Notes: generated by a model not told the origin, from the sequence alone. 64,000 bases of DNA from an uncultured Actinomycetes bacterium (GCA_963744515.1 CAVUTN010000006.1:12280-76279); one strand, 5' to 3'; counted from the first letter of the stretch, positions 28,524 through 39,987 are shown. Numbers and translations: made by a program.

Positions 28524-29666
28524 CTAGCCGAGCGCCTGGGCCAGATCGGCGACCAGGTCGTCCGGGTGCTCGATCCCGACCGAGAGCCGGATCAGCGTGT
28601 CGGGGACCTCGATCGGCGAGCCCGAGACGCTCGCGTGCGTCATCGGGCCGGGCAGCTCGATCAGCGATTCGACGCCGCCGAGCGACTCGGCGAGGAAGAA
28701 CAGCTTCGTCGACTCGGCCACCCGGATCGCCTCGTCGCGGGTGCTCGACCTCGAAGCTCACCATCCCGCCGAAGTCCTTCATCTGCCGGACCGCGACCTC
28801 GAACCCCGGATGGCCGGGCAGCCCGGGGTAGTGCACGCGCGTGACCTTCGGATGGGCCTGGAGGAACTCGGCGATCCGCTTCGCGCCGCGGCAATGCGCC
28901 TCCATCCGCAGCGCGAGCGTCTTCACGCCTCGGAGCGCGAGGTAGCAGTCCATCGGGCCGGGGACGGCGCCCGCCGCGTTGACGAGGAACGCCAGGCGTT
29001 CGGTCAGCTCCTCGTCACTCGTCACGAGCGCGCCGCCGATCAGATCCGAATGCCCGCCGAGGTACTTCGTCATCGAGTGCAACACCACGTCGGCGCCGAG
29101 CTCGAGCGGCCGCTGCAGGTACGGCGTCGCGAACGTGTTGTCCACGACGCACCGCGCGCCCGCCCGGTGCGCGAGGTCCGCCACGGCGGCGATGTCGACC
29201 ACCTTCAGGAAGGGGTTGGTGGGGGACTCGACCCACACGATCGCCGTGTTCTCCCGCACGACCGAACGACATGCGACGAGGTCGGTCATGTCAACCGTGT
29301 CGAACGCCAGACCCCACTCGTTCCATCACGCGGGCGAGCAGCCGGTAGGTGCCCCCGTACACGTCGTCCGAGATCAGCACGTGGTCGCCGGGCTTCAGCG
29401 TGAGCAGCAGCGTCGTCGTCGCGCCCGAGCCCGCTCGAGAAGCAGAGACCCTTCGAACCACTCTCGAGCGACGCGAGCACCTGCTGCAGCGCCTCGCGCG
29501 TCGGGTTGCCGGCGCGCGCGTAGTCCCACGCCTTCGGCTTGCCGACCGCGGGCTGCGCGTAGGTCGAGGTCTGGTAGATCGGGACGTTCACCGAGCCGTA
29601 CTCGGCATCGGGGTCCTGCCCGACGTGGATCGCCCGCGTCTCGAACCGCATCGCGTCGTCGCTCAC
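28524..29666 (-). CDS. Cystathionine gamma-lyase/gamma-synthase family PLP enzyme (Cys/Met metabolism), three +1 frameshifts
   Basis: Assembled from ORFs 29286..29666 ([28 protein letters not shown]), 27856..29289 ([62 protein letters not shown]) and 28524..28721 ([22 protein letters not shown]...[22 protein letters not shown]). Shifts at ~29420, ~29310 and ~28730. Confidence 0.9.
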
Positions 29667-29682
29667 CGTGGATACCTTCGTC

Positions 29683-30531
29683 TCATCGCATCTCGGGTGG
29701 CACCGCCCATCCGCGCCGTTGCAGCTCGTCCACCGCGTCCTGCCCCTGCCGGGCGCGCGCCCACAGCGCGGACTTGCGCTTGGCGTCGTGCCCGGGCGCG
29801 AACTCGCGACCGGTGAGCGCGGTGCACGAGGGGTCCCCGCATGCGCACGCCGCGAGCCCCGGGAGCGAGGGCTGTTCGCGCTCGCGGGTGGGGGCGGTGG
29901 CCCGTCGGTACGGACGCGCGGGGAGCGTCGCGGCGGGAAGGACGATCTTGCCCTCCTTCGGATCGCCGGGGGCGCTGAACCGGCGCTCGAGCGCGAACAG
30001 GCCGGTGAGCGCCGCGAGCGCGGCGTCCACCTGGTCGGCCGAACGGAGCGGCCAGGCGTCGACCGACTGCGCGAGCAGCATCGTCCGCCGCCACGCGTGC
30101 GGGCTCATGCCCTTCGGCGGCAGGAACCCCGACAGCACCACCGCCGTCGCGTGCGGGAAGACCTCGATCGCCGACCCCTTCACGGAACCGCTGCGGTACC
30201 GCGGGAAGGCGTCCTCGATCGCGCGGAACGCCTGGAAGCCGATCGTCATCCACTCGTAGAAGGGGTGGTCGGCCATCTTCGGATCCGACGGCGTGTTGAA
30301 GCACTGGATCCCGAACCACCGGAGCTCGCGCTCGGTGAGGCGGGAGCGGCCGGACGAGGCCCAGGCCGGGGGCGCGTCGATCGCCACGACGTCGGGACCG
30401 AAGTCGGGCACGAGCTTGTGCAGGTCGTCCACGTCGACGTGCCGCGCGGTGTCCAGGACCGCCCGGTCGCCGTCGAGCAGGACGAGGTCGAGCCCCTTGC
30501 GAACCCCGACGTCGATCCCCAGCGCGCGCAC
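29683..30531 (-). CDS. DUF429-family protein (predicted RNase H-fold) with a Cys-rich basic C-terminal extension
   Basis: Intact 282-aa ORF: [23 protein letters not shown]...VVAIDAPP...[13 protein letters not shown]...EVFPHAT (DUF429-like layout, recognised from memory). The C-terminus is [29 protein letters not shown]. The GTG start is 1 nt after the CBS stop, and the stop is 16 nt before the CGL start. Confidence 0.65.
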   Translation of the reverse strand: MRALGIDVGVRKGLDLVLLDGDRAVLDTARHVDVDDLHKLVPDFGPDVVAIDAPPAWASSGRSRLTERELRWFGIQCFNTPSDPKMADHPFYEWMTIGFQAFRAIEDAFPRYRSGSVKGSAIEVFPHATAVVLSGFLPPKGMSPHAWRRTMLLAQSVDAWPLRSADQVDAALAALTGLFALERRFSAPGDPKEGKIVLPAATLPARPYRRATAPTREREQPSLPGLAACACGDPSCTALTGREFAPGHDAKRKSALWARARQGQDAVDELQRRGWAVPPEMR

Positions 30532-30532
30532 G

Positions 30533-31900
30533 TCAGACGCGGGAGCGGTGCGCGAGGAACTCGAGGAGGTCGCTGCGGGTGAGGACGCCGAGCACCTGGC
30601 CCGCCTTCTCGACCAGGACCGCGGGACCGTGCTGGAGCGTCTCGAACGCGAGCTCGATCGGCGCGTCGAACTCGACCAGGCCGATCGGCGGCCCCATGAC
30701 CTCGGCGACGTCGGCCTGCAGCGCGTCCGGGTCGCGGAAGATCCGGTCGAGGAGCGCGTTCTCGTGGACGCCGCCGACGAACTGCGCGACGTCGACCCCC
30801 TCCTCGCGGACGACGGGCGCCTGCGAGATGTTGAACTCGTGCAGGACGTCGATCGCCTGGCGGACCTTCTCGTGCGCGTTGACGGTGACGAGCGGCGGGA
30901 CGTGCCCGTGCTTGGCGGACAGGACCTCCTCGACGCGGACGATCTCGGGCCGTTCCATCAGCCCGTACTGGAGCAGCCAGGTGTCCGAGTACGCCTTCGA
31001 GAGGTAGTTGCGGCCGGTGTCGGGCAGGATCACGACCACCGTGGTCCCGGCGGGGAGCTCGGCGGCGACCGTGAGCGCCGCGACGACCGCGGTCCCCGAG
31101 GACGAGCCGACCAGGATCCCCTCCTCCCGCGTGATCCTGCGCGCCATCCGGAACGCGTCGCGGTCCGACACGCGCACGTAGCGGTCGACGAGCGACGGGT
31201 CGAACGTCGTCGGCCAGAAGTCCTCGCCGATGCCCTCGGTCAGGTACGGGTGGACGTCGCCCGAGTAGATCGAGCCCTCGGGGTCCGCGCCGACCACGAG
31301 CAGGTCCGGCTTCTGCTCCTTCAGGTACCGGGCGGTGCCGGTGATCGTCCCGCCGGTGCCCACCCCGGCGACCAGGACGTCGATCGAGCCGTCGGTCTGG
31401 CGCCAGATCTCGGGGCCGGTCGTCTCGTAGTGGGCGGCCGGGTTCTCGGGGTTGAAGTACTGGTTCGGCTGGAAGGCGCCCGGGATCTCCTCGGCCAGGC
31501 GGTCCGCGACGCGGTAGTAGGACTCGGGGGACTCGGGCGGGACGGCGGTCGGGCAGATGACGACCTCGGCGCCGTAGGCCCGCAGGAGCGAGATCTTCTC
31601 CTGGCTCATCTTGTCCGGCATCACGAAGATGCAGCGGTAGCCGCGGAGCGCGGCCGCGATCGCGAGCCCGTGACCCGTGTTGCCGGAGGTCGGTTCGACG
31701 ATCGTGCCGCCGGGCTTCAGGAGGCCCTCGCGTTCGGCCGCCTCGATCATCCGAAGGCCGATGCGATCCTTGACGCTGCCGCCCGGGTTGAGCATCTCGA
31801 GCTTGGCGAGGACGGTCGGCTCCACGCTCCGGGCGACCTTGTCGAGGCGGACGAGCGGCGTGTCGCCGACCGCGTCGAGCACCGTGTCGAGTACGTCCAT
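30533..31900 (-). CDS. Cystathionine beta-synthase (PLP CysK-like domain plus tandem CBS domains)
   Basis: [31 protein letters not shown] (PLP Lys), [12 protein letters not shown] and [10 protein letters not shown], then two CBS-type repeats ([11 protein letters not shown].., [25 protein letters not shown]). RBS GGAGAAGG lies before the ATG at 31900. Confidence 0.92.
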   Translation of the reverse strand: MDVLDTVLDAVGDTPLVRLDKVARSVEPTVLAKLEMLNPGGSVKDRIGLRMIEAAEREGLLKPGGTIVEPTSGNTGHGLAIAAALRGYRCIFVMPDKMSQEKISLLRAYGAEVVICPTAVPPESPESYYRVADRLAEEIPGAFQPNQYFNPENPAAHYETTGPEIWRQTDGSIDVLVAGVGTGGTITGTARYLKEQKPDLLVVGADPEGSIYSGDVHPYLTEGIGEDFWPTTFDPSLVDRYVRVSDRDAFRMARRITREEGILVGSSSGTAVVAALTVAAELPAGTTVVVILPDTGRNYLSKAYSDTWLLQYGLMERPEIVRVEEVLSAKHGHVPPLVTVNAHEKVRQAIDVLHEFNISQAPVVREEGVDVAQFVGGVHENALLDRIFRDPDALQADVAEVMGPPIGLVEFDAPIELAFETLQHGPAVLVEKAGQVLGVLTRSDLLEFLAHRSRV

Positions 31901-31983
31901 CCTTCTCCGGCCACCCTCCGAGCCTCGCGTCGCTTCATCCTCCCACGAACGGCCCCACCCGTTCTCCCGAGGCGCCGCCCCGA

Positions 31984-32001
31984 AAGGTCCCACGGGACCT
32001 T
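31984..32001. promoter_or_regulatory. 18-bp perfect palindrome (candidate operator) in the CBS / response-regulator divergent region
   Basis: AAGGTCCC-AC-GGGACCTT, with 8/8 arm pairs verified. It lies 31 nt upstream of the RR start (32032) and 84 nt upstream of the CBS start (31900). The 2-nt centre argues for a DNA operator rather than an RNA hairpin. Confidence 0.4.
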
Positions 32002-32031
32002 CACCCGGACGCCCGACGTGCCGATTCCTGG

Positions 32032-32466
32032 GTGATGGACACCGAGGCGCTCCAGGCACCGTTCCGCGCGCCGGCGGGGATCTCCCTGCTCGTCGTCGAC
32101 GACGACGCGTTCATCGCCCGCCTGCTCGAGATCGAGCTCTCGGCGGCCGGCTACGACGTCCGCACGGCCGGGAGCGGCGACCGGGCCCTCGAGCTCGCCT
32201 ACGAGCGCTGCCCGGACCTGATCCTGGCCGACGTGATGATGCCGAACATGGACGGCTTCGAGCTCACGCGGCAGGTGCGGATGGACGAGCGCACCGCCGG
32301 CGCCAAGGTGATCCTGCTCACCGCCCGGGGGCTCTCGGCCGACCGGCTCGAGGGGTTCGCGGTCGGCGCCGACGACTACGTGATCAAGCCGTTCGACACG
32401 CCCGGGCTCGTCGCGCGCATCGGCGAGGTCCTGGCGCGGCCGAGGACCACCAAGCAGCCGGCCTGA
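32032..32466 (+). CDS. Single-domain response regulator (REC only)
   Basis: [70 protein letters not shown]...DDYVIKPF. All receiver hallmarks are present (DD, D, T, K). The start is GTG 32032 or ATG 32035. Confidence 0.88.
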   Translation: MMDTEALQAPFRAPAGISLLVVDDDAFIARLLEIELSAAGYDVRTAGSGDRALELAYERCPDLILADVMMPNMDGFELTRQVRMDERTAGAKVILLTARGLSADRLEGFAVGADDYVIKPFDTPGLVARIGEVLARPRTTKQPA

Positions 32467-32501
32467 GCCACCGCCGAGCGTCCCGTCCTATCATCGCGAG
32501 C

Positions 32502-34162
32502 GTGAGCGCGCGCGAGATCCGAGCACCCCGCGGCACCGAGCTCTCGTGCCGGTCGTGGCCGCAGGAGGCCGCGATGCGGATGCTCATGAACAACCTCGAC
32601 CCCGACGTCGCCGAACGTCCCGAGGACCTCGTCGTCTACGGCGGGACGGGCAAGGCGGCGCGGTCGTGGGAGGCGTTCGACGCGATCGTGCGGACGCTCC
32701 GGACCCTCGCCGACGACGAGACGATGCTCGTGCAGTCGGGCAAGCCGGTCGGCGTCTTCCGAACGCACGAGATGGCGCCGCGCGTCCTGATCTCGAACTC
32801 GATGCTCGTGCCGAAGTGGGCGACGTGGGACACGTTCCGCGAGCTCGAGCACGCCGGGCTCACGATGTACGGGCAGATGACGGCGGGCTCGTGGATCTAC
32901 ATCGGGACCCAGGGGATCCTGCAGGGGACGTACGAGACGTTCGCCGAGGCCGCGACGCAGCGGTTCGGCGGGTCGCTCGCGGGGACCGTGACGCTCACCG
33001 GCGGGCTCGGCGGGATGGGCGGCGCGCAGCCGCTCGCCGTCACGATGAACGGGGGCGTCGCGCTGTGCGTCGAGGTCGACCCGGCGCGGATCGAGCGGCG
33101 CATCAAGACGCGGTACCTCGACCGCGAGAGCGACGACCTCGAGGAGGCGCTGCGGTGGGTGGACGAGGCGCGTTCGGCACGCGAGGCGGTCTCGATCGGG
33201 CTCGTCGGCAACTGCGCCGAGGTCCTGCCCGAGCTGCTCGCGCGCGGGTTCGCGCCCGACCTCGTGACCGATCAGACGAGCGCGCACGACCCGCTCGGCG
33301 GCTACGTGCCGGCGGGGCTGACGCCCGAGGAGGCCGCGCGGCTGCGCGAGGACGATCCCGCCGAGTACGAGCGGCGTTCGTTCGCGTCGATGGCGCGGCA
33401 CGTCGAGGCGATGGTCGGGTTCCTGGACGCGCGGCGCGGTGGTGTTCGACTACGGCAACAACCTCCGGGCGGGCGCCGAGACCGGCGGGCTCGCGCACGA
33501 GCGCGCGTACGCGTACCCGGGGTTCGTGCCGGCGTTCGTCCGCCCGATGTTCTGCGAGGGCAAGGGCCCGTTCCGCTGGGCGGCGCTCTCGGGCGACCCC
33601 GAGGACATCGCGAAGACCGATCGCGCGGTCGCCGAGCTCTTCCCCGACGACGAACGGCTGCACCGTTGGCTCGCAGATGGCCGAGGAGCGCGTCGCGTTC
33701 CAGGGGCTGCCGGCGCGGATCTGCTGGCTCGGCTACGGCGAGCGCGCGAAGGCGGGTCTGCGGTTCAACGAGATGGTCGCGAGCGGCGAGCTCTCGGCGC
33801 CGATCGTGATCGGGCGCGACCACCTCGACAGCGGCAGCGTCGCGAGCCCGTACCGCGAGACCGAGGCGATGAAGGACGGTTCGGACGCGATCGCGGACTG
33901 GCCGATCCTGAACGCGCTCGTGAACACCGCCGCCGGCGCGCACTGGGTGAGCGTGCACCACGGCGGCGGCGTCGGGATCGGGTACTCGATCCACGCCGGG
34001 ATGGTCGTCGTGGCCGACGGCAGCGAGAACGCCGCCGCGCGGCTCGAACGCGTCCTGACGACCGACCCCGGGACCGGCGTGATGCGCCACGCGGACGCGG
34101 GCTACGAGGAGGCGCTCGCGGTCGCCTCCGATCGCGGCGTCCGGCTGCCCTGGCGCGAGTAG
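32502..34162 (+). CDS. hutU: Urocanate hydratase, two +1 frameshifts
   Basis: [103 protein letters not shown] (frame of ORF 31677..33809). Then [25 protein letters not shown] (33439..), then [42 protein letters not shown] (32546..34162). Shifts at ~33435 and ~33670. Confidence 0.93.
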
Positions 34163-34163
34163 G

Positions 34164-34665
34164 TCAGTGACGGCCGCCGTTGCCGCTGGCGTGGTCGGCG
34201 GCCTCCCGTGATCCGTAGTCGGGGCTCGTCCGGTAGATCAGGAAGTCGACGCTCGCCCAGATCGTCTTCGAGAACGGCCAGAACAGCAGGGGCACGAGCG
34301 CCGCGATCGCGATCGAGGTGATCGTGAGCGCCGGCACGTGCAGGTCGGGGAGATCCATGGCGAGCCACACCACGAGCACGACGAGCCAGACGACCGCCGT
34401 GAACAGGTAGTTCAGCGTCATCGCGCCGAGGAACCCGCCCTCCTCGCGTTCGAGCCGCAGGCCGCACCGGGGGCACCGTTCGCGGATCTTGAACCAGCTC
34501 TTGAAGAGCTTCCCGGAGCCGCACCGGGGACAGCGCTTGGTGGCTCCGCGCAGGAAGACGGTGAACCCGCCCGGCGTTCGATGCTCCGGGGCCGGGGTGG
34601 CCCGGCGGGGTCTCGGCGCGCCCCGGCGTCGCGCTCGGCTCGAGGTCGTCCCACGGGCTCGACAT
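34164..34665 (-). CDS. DUF983-like small membrane protein with an N-terminal zinc ribbon, one frameshift
   Basis: The C-terminal part of ORF 34164..35486(-) reads [60 protein letters not shown].... The N-terminus [21 protein letters not shown].. lies in the frame of ORF 34102..35778, with a shift near 34570. The ATG at 34665 is tentative. Confidence 0.6.
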
Positions 34666-34729
34666 CTGCGCCCAGCGTACGACCGGGTCGCGGCTTGCCG
34701 CCGGTGGGCGCCCTCCGTAGCCTTGCGCC

Positions 34730-36283
34730 GTGCCGATCCGGGTCGGGGAGCCGCTCGCGCTCGAGGACGTCGTCGAGGTGGCCCTCGGCGCCGAGGTCGA
34801 GCTCGGTTCGGCGCGCCTCGAGCAGGATCGGCGCCGCGCGCGACGTGATCGAACGCGCCGTCGCCTCCAACGAGACCGTCTACGGCGTGACGACCGGGTT
34901 CGGCTCGCTCGCGAACCAGCGGATCGAACCCGACCAGGCCGACGCGCTCCAGCTCGGGATCGTCCGCTCGCACGCGACGGCCGTCGGACCGCCCCTCTCG
35001 CGCGAGGAGGCTCGCGCGATGCTGCTGCTCCGCGCGCACGTGCTGGCGCTCGGGCACTCGGGCGTTCGAGCCGAGGTCGTCGAGCGGATGGTCGAGATGC
35101 TGAACCGCGACCTGATCCCCGTCGTGCCCGAACAGGGCTCGCTCGGCGCGTCCGGCGACCTGGCGCCGCTCGCGAACCTCGCGCTCCCGCTCGTCGGCCG
35201 CGGCGAGCTGCTCGTGGACGGCTGAGCCGAAGCCCGCGGGCGACGTCCTGCGTTCGGCCGGGCTCGAGCCGCTCGAGCTCAAGGCGAAGGAGGGGCTCGC
35301 GCTCGTCAACGGGACCCAGGGGATGCTCGCGATCGGGATCCTCGCGGTCTCGCGCGCCGAACGGCTCGTCCGGACGGCCGACGTCACGGCCGCGATGAGC
35401 GTCGAGGCGGCGCTCGGCTCGGACCGGGTGTTCGACGAGCGGCTGACGGCGCTCCGGCCGCACCCGGGCGTGGTCGCGTCCGGCATCGAACCTGCGACGG
35501 CTGCTCGAGGGGAGCCCGATCGTCGCGTCGCACCGCGACAGCACGCACCTGGTGCAGGACGCGTACTCGCTCCGCTGCTCGCCGCAGGTGAACGGCGCGA
35601 CGCGCGAGGTGCTCCGGTTCGTCCGCGGCGTCCTCGAGGTCGAGGCGAACGCGGTCTCGGACAACCCGATCGTGTTCCCCGACGACGACGAGGTGCTCTC
35701 GGGCGGGAACTTCCACGGCCAGCCGGTCGCGGTCGCGCTCGACGCGCTCGCGACCGCGCTCGTGCCGCTCGCGAGCATCGCCGAACGCCGGCTCTACCGG
35801 TTGCTCGACCCCACGCGCAACAACGGGCTGCCGGCGTTCCTGGTCGCCGACAGCGGCCTGAACTCGGGCTTCATGCTCGTGCAGTACACGGCGGCCTCGC
35901 TCGTGTCCGAGTGCAAGTCGCTCGCGCACCCCGCCTCGGTCGACTCGATCGGCTCGAGCGCGGGGCAGGAGGACCACGTGAGCATGGGGATGACGGCGGC
36001 GCGCCACGCGCGCGAGGTGGTCTCGAACGCCGAGGTCGTGATCGCGCTCGAGGCGCTCGTCGCGGCCCAGGCGCTCGACCTCCGCGCGCCGCTCGAACCC
36101 GCCGCGGCGACGGGCGCGGCTCGCGATGCGATCCGAGCGCGGGTGGCGTTCCTGGATTCGGACCGGGAGCTTGGGCCGGACATCGCTGCGACCGTCGAGC
36201 TCGTTCGCAGTGGTGCGTTGCTCGAGTCGGTGGAAGGGTCCCACGCGCTCGCTGATCTGACCGCGTTCGGGGACGGTCAGTGA
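34730..36283 (+). CDS. hutH: Histidine ammonia-lyase, three +1 frameshifts
   Basis: The fragments are [20 protein letters not shown] (34730..), [29 protein letters not shown] (MIO-forming ASG, 34338..35225), [14 protein letters not shown] (35323..) and [36 protein letters not shown] (35552..36283). Shifts at ~34800, ~35225 and ~35530. Confidence 0.93.
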
Positions 36284-37429
36284 TAGATCACGACGCGAAC
36301 GCCGTAGTCGGCGAGCGCGTAGACCCACTTGGCGTTCCAGTACGGGATCCGAACGCAGCCGTGGCTCGCCGTCGTACGTCGGGACCTCGGTCCAGCCGTG
36401 GAGCGCCCGCTCGCCGTCGAAGAAGCTCGGGTAGTACAGGCGGTGCGGGCTGAAGCCCGCGAGCTTGCTGAACACGCGGAAGGTGCCGTCGTGCGTCGCC
36501 CCGCCGGCGCCCGTCGAAACGTGGAGCACGTTCGTGATGTCGCCGTCCTCGACCGTGTACAGGACCTGCCGCGTCTGATCGACCTCGAAGTGGAACCCGT
36601 GCCAGTCGTGCACGGCGTGCGGCATCCTCGGGTCGGCGAGCCTGCGCCACGTGGCCTCGCTCACCGAGAACGAACGCGCCATCCCCTGCACCTTGTGGAA
36701 CGCGACGACCGCGTCGGCGGTTCGGAAGTCGTACCGGCCGTCCTTCGTCCCGGCGAGCCGGTAGTGGAGGTCGACGAGCCGGCCCTCGAGCAGCTTCACG
36801 AACCCACCCGTCGAGCCCGACGAGAGGTGGGGGAGCGGCGTGGCGTCGGCGCCGGTCCTCGCGTCGCCTTCGAGCAGGTCCGACGCCGAGAAGGAGGCCC
36901 TCGCTCGGTACGTGCCGGGCGTCTCGATCGTGAACCGCTCGCGGAACCCGCCGGCGGCGCCCATCGTCGCGCGGTGGCGTTCGACGGTCTTGCCGCCCTT
37001 GAGCAGCTCGACCACGACGCGCGAACCCGGCCGCGCGGGACCGACGGTGCCGCGGACCACGACGTGATCGAACAGCCGGACCTGCCCCATCCGGGCGGAG
37101 AGCACGGCGCGGACCTGGACCGTCACGGGTTCGCTCGACGCGTCGCCGAGCACCGCGACGTAGGTGTCGGATCCCTGGGGGTGGATCTCGGCCGAGAACG
37201 CCCCGGCCGCGTCGGTGGTGGCTGAGGCGATCGAAGCACCCGCGCCGTTCCTGATGTCGATCGTCGTGCCCGCCGCGGCGCCGGACGCGGTTCCGGAGAG
37301 CGAAACCCCTTGACCGAACTCGATCTTCCCGGCGTCGGCCGACAGCGTCAGCGTCGTCTGCGCGGACGCCGGAGCCGCGAGGAGCAGCACGACGGCAACC
37401 ACGGCAAGCAGCGCGGCGAACCTCTTCAA
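36277..37429 (-). CDS. Secreted L,D-transpeptidase (YkuD domain) with Ig-like repeats and a PG-binding-like domain, one frameshift
   Basis: Frame of ORF 35384..37795(-). The signal is [24 protein letters not shown] (TTG 37429, RBS GGGAGGA). Then [38 protein letters not shown] (PG_binding-like) and [18 protein letters not shown]...THDGTFRVF. The catalytic end ..[30 protein letters not shown] was recovered by hand after a shift near 36370. The stop at 36277 overlaps the hutH 3' end by 7 nt. Confidence 0.8.
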
Positions 37430-38654
37430 CGTCCTCCCACCCTTTCGCCGTCGACGAACGTCCGCACCACCGGGTTGTGTCCGGGCCGGTACGGCACCAT
37501 CCGGAAGGCGTCGCCGTCGAGGACCACGAGGTCGGCGGGCCTGCCGGGCGCAAGGGTACCGCGCTCCGCGAGACCGAGCGCCGCCGCCGCGTTCACGCGT
37601 CGCCGCGGCGAGCGCCTCGAGCGGCCGGAGCCCGTAGAGCGAACACGCGGTCGCGATCACCTCGGGCATCGAGACCACCGGCGAGGTCCCCGGGTTGAAG
37701 TCGCTCGCGATCGCCACCGCCGCGCCGGCGTCGAGCAGGCCCCGGACGTCCGGCGGCGACGAGCCCAGGAACAGCGTCGAGGTCGGCAGCAGCACGGCGA
37801 CGGTCCCGCCCGCCGCGCCGAGCGCCGCGATCCCCGTCGCCGAGACGTGGTTCAGGTGGTCCGCGCTCCTCGCGCCGAGCGCGACGGCGGCCTCGGCCGC
37901 GCCCGAGGGCCCGAGCTGGTCGGCGTGGCAGCGGAGCGGGCAGCCCGGCCTCCGAGGCGCATCGCGCGACCTCGGCCAGGTCGTCGACCGTGAACGCGAT
38001 GTCCTCGACGTAGACGTCGACCGCGTCGACGAGGCCCTCGTTCGCGGCCGCCGGGATCAGCTCGTCGCACACCGTTCGGACCCAGTCGGCGCGCTCCATC
38101 CCTTCGGGCACCGCGTGGCACGCGAGCAGCGTGACCGAACAGGTCTGCGGCGCCTCCCGCGCGAGCCGGCGGGCGAGGCGGGCCTGCCGGAGCTCGGCCT
38201 CGACCGAGAGGCCGTAGCCCGTCTTGAGCTCGAGGGCCGTCGTCCCGTGGTCGGCCATCTCCTGCACGAGCGAGCGGGAGAACGCGAGCACCTCGTCGTC
38301 GCTCGCCTCGGCGAGCATCCGCGCGCTCCGGTAGATCCCTCCTTCGCCGTGGAGCTCTCGGTACGAGACCCCCGACAGCCGCGCCTCGAACTCGTCCGCG
38401 CGCCACCCCGCGAACGGCAGGTGCGTGTGGCAGTCGACGAACCCCGGCGCGATCGTGCAGCCCTCGAACCATTCGGGCTCGACACCCGTGAGCCCGTCGG
38501 CCGGGCCGACGTACGTGATGACGCCCTCGTCCCAGGCGACCGCCTGCTCGGCGGACTCGGTCGGCCAGGGTCCGTCGCCGCGGACCGTGGCGTAGTCCGG
38601 CGACGGCGTGGCGAGGCTGGTCGCGGCGATCGCGCCGCGCGCGTGGTTGGGCAC
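37426..38654 (-). CDS. hutI: Imidazolonepropionase, two +1 frameshifts
   Basis: ORF 37593..38654(-) gives APGFVDCHTHLPFAGWR..ELKTGYGL..LACHAVP. It continues as LRCHADQLGPSGAAE..ADHLNHVS..LLPTSTLFLG..AIASDFNPGTSP (frame of 35384..37795), then [42 protein letters not shown] by hand. Shifts at ~37945 and ~37560. The stop TGA overlaps the TTG start of the L,D-transpeptidase (TTGA). Confidence 0.9.
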
Positions 38655-38751
38655 GACGTCATGAAAGAGCAGCGAGGGGTGGGTGCAAGCCTCCTCGGGG
38701 TCTACCGCTCGCGCGTTCGCGCTCGCTCCATGAGCCCCCGAACCCCCTCCG

Positions 38752-38757
38752 TAGACT
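38752..38757 (+). promoter_or_regulatory. Candidate -10 hexamer TAGACT, 8 nt upstream of the MFS start codon (a leaderless transcript is likely)
   Basis: CCGTAGACTgtgccgccATG. It matches TAnnnT, and the spacing places the expected TSS at or next to the ATG at 38766. There is no Shine-Dalgarno sequence in between. Confidence 0.3.
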
Positions 38758-38765
38758 GTGCCGCC

Positions 38766-39987
38766 ATGAGCGAGGCGGAGCGGTTCCGGATCCAGGACGT
38801 GCTCCGCATCCCCGAGATCCGAGCCGCGATGCTCGGGACGTTCGTGGTCATGCTCGGGTACGGCATCCTCTCGCCGGTCCTGCCGAACTACGCCAGGAGC
38901 CTCGGCGTCGGCTACGACGCGATCGGCCTGCTGATCTCGTCGTTCGCGTTCGCGCGGTTGGTCGCCGATCCGTTCGTCGGCCGCTACATCGACCGGTACG
39001 GCGAACGCGCGATGTCGACGCTCGGCGCCGCGTGGGTCGGCGTGTCGTCGTTCGCGGCGGCGCTCGCCCCGACGTTCCCGCTGCTCGTGCTGTTCCGAGC
39101 GCTCGGCGGCGTGGGCTCGGCGCTGTTCTTCGCGTCGCTGCTCTCGTTCCTGCTGCGGTCGATCCCGTCACGGCAGACCGGACGCGTGATGAGCGTGTAC
39201 TACGCGTCGTTCAACATCGGCTTCATCGCGGGCGGCCCGCTCGGCGGCCTGATGGCGAAGTGGTTCGGCCTGGCGAGCCCGCTCTACATCTACGCGGGCG
39301 CGTGCTTCGTCGCGGCCGTGCTGTTCTGGCGGACGATCCGCAACCCCGAACGCCACGAGTCCGAGGTCCGACGCGGCGGCATCCGCCGGCTGCCGTGGAA
39401 CCGAACGTTCGTGACCGTGCTCGTCGTGAACGGCGTCTACCTGTGGATGATCGGCGCGATCTTCAGCACGCTGGTCCCGCTGTTCGGGACGAGCGATCTG
39501 GTCGGGCTCACGATCGGCGGCGTGGGGATCGGGCTCGCGATCGCCACGGCGACCGAGCTCGCGGTGCTGTACCCGGCGGGCCACGCGACCGATCGCCGGG
39601 GACGGCGCGCCGTGCTGATCCCGGCGCTCGCGGGCCTCGCGCTGATCACGGCCGCGTTCGGGTTCGTGTCCACGGCGCTCGATGGCTTCATGATCGCGAT
39701 GGGCGATGCTCGGCGTCGCGAGCGGGTACGCGGGCGTCCCCCCCGCGCCGATGCTCTCGGACGTGACCCCGGAGGAGCTCAAGGGTTCGGCGGTCGCGGT
39801 GTTCCGGTTCGTGGGCGACCTCGGGTTCGTGATCGGACCGCTGGTCGCCGGGTGGTCGGCGCAGGAGTACGGGTTCCGCGCGTCGTTCGCGATCAACGCG
39901 ATCCCGGCGGTCGTCGCGCTCGGGCTCGTGCTCTCGATCCGCGAGACGATGCACGCGCGCCGCCCGAGCGAGGGGACGGGGCTCTAG
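38766..39987 (+). CDS. MFS transporter (drug:H+ antiporter-like), one frameshift
   Basis: Frame of ORF 37695..40427 from MSEAERFRIQDVLRIPEIRAAMLGTFVVMLGYGILSPVLPNYARSLG..FVGRYIDRYGER (MFS motif A-like). It continues in ORF 39706..39987 (LGVASGYAGVPPAPMLSDVTPEELKGSAVAVFRFVGDLGFVIGPLVAG) after a +1 shift near 39700. Confidence 0.85.

Noticed and set aside
31901-32031. A possible SAM or other sulfur-metabolite riboswitch in the cbs leader.
   Set aside because: I could not recognise any conserved riboswitch core (SAM-I, SAM-IV or SAH) by eye. The only notable element is a DNA-type palindrome, so I report it as a candidate operator instead.
37695-38765. The 5' third of the 910-aa plus-strand ORF 37695..40427.
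   Set aside because: It is antisense to hutI and gives a low-complexity Arg/Pro/Gly translation. The real genes in that frame start at 38766 (MFS) and 39990 (SRPBCC).
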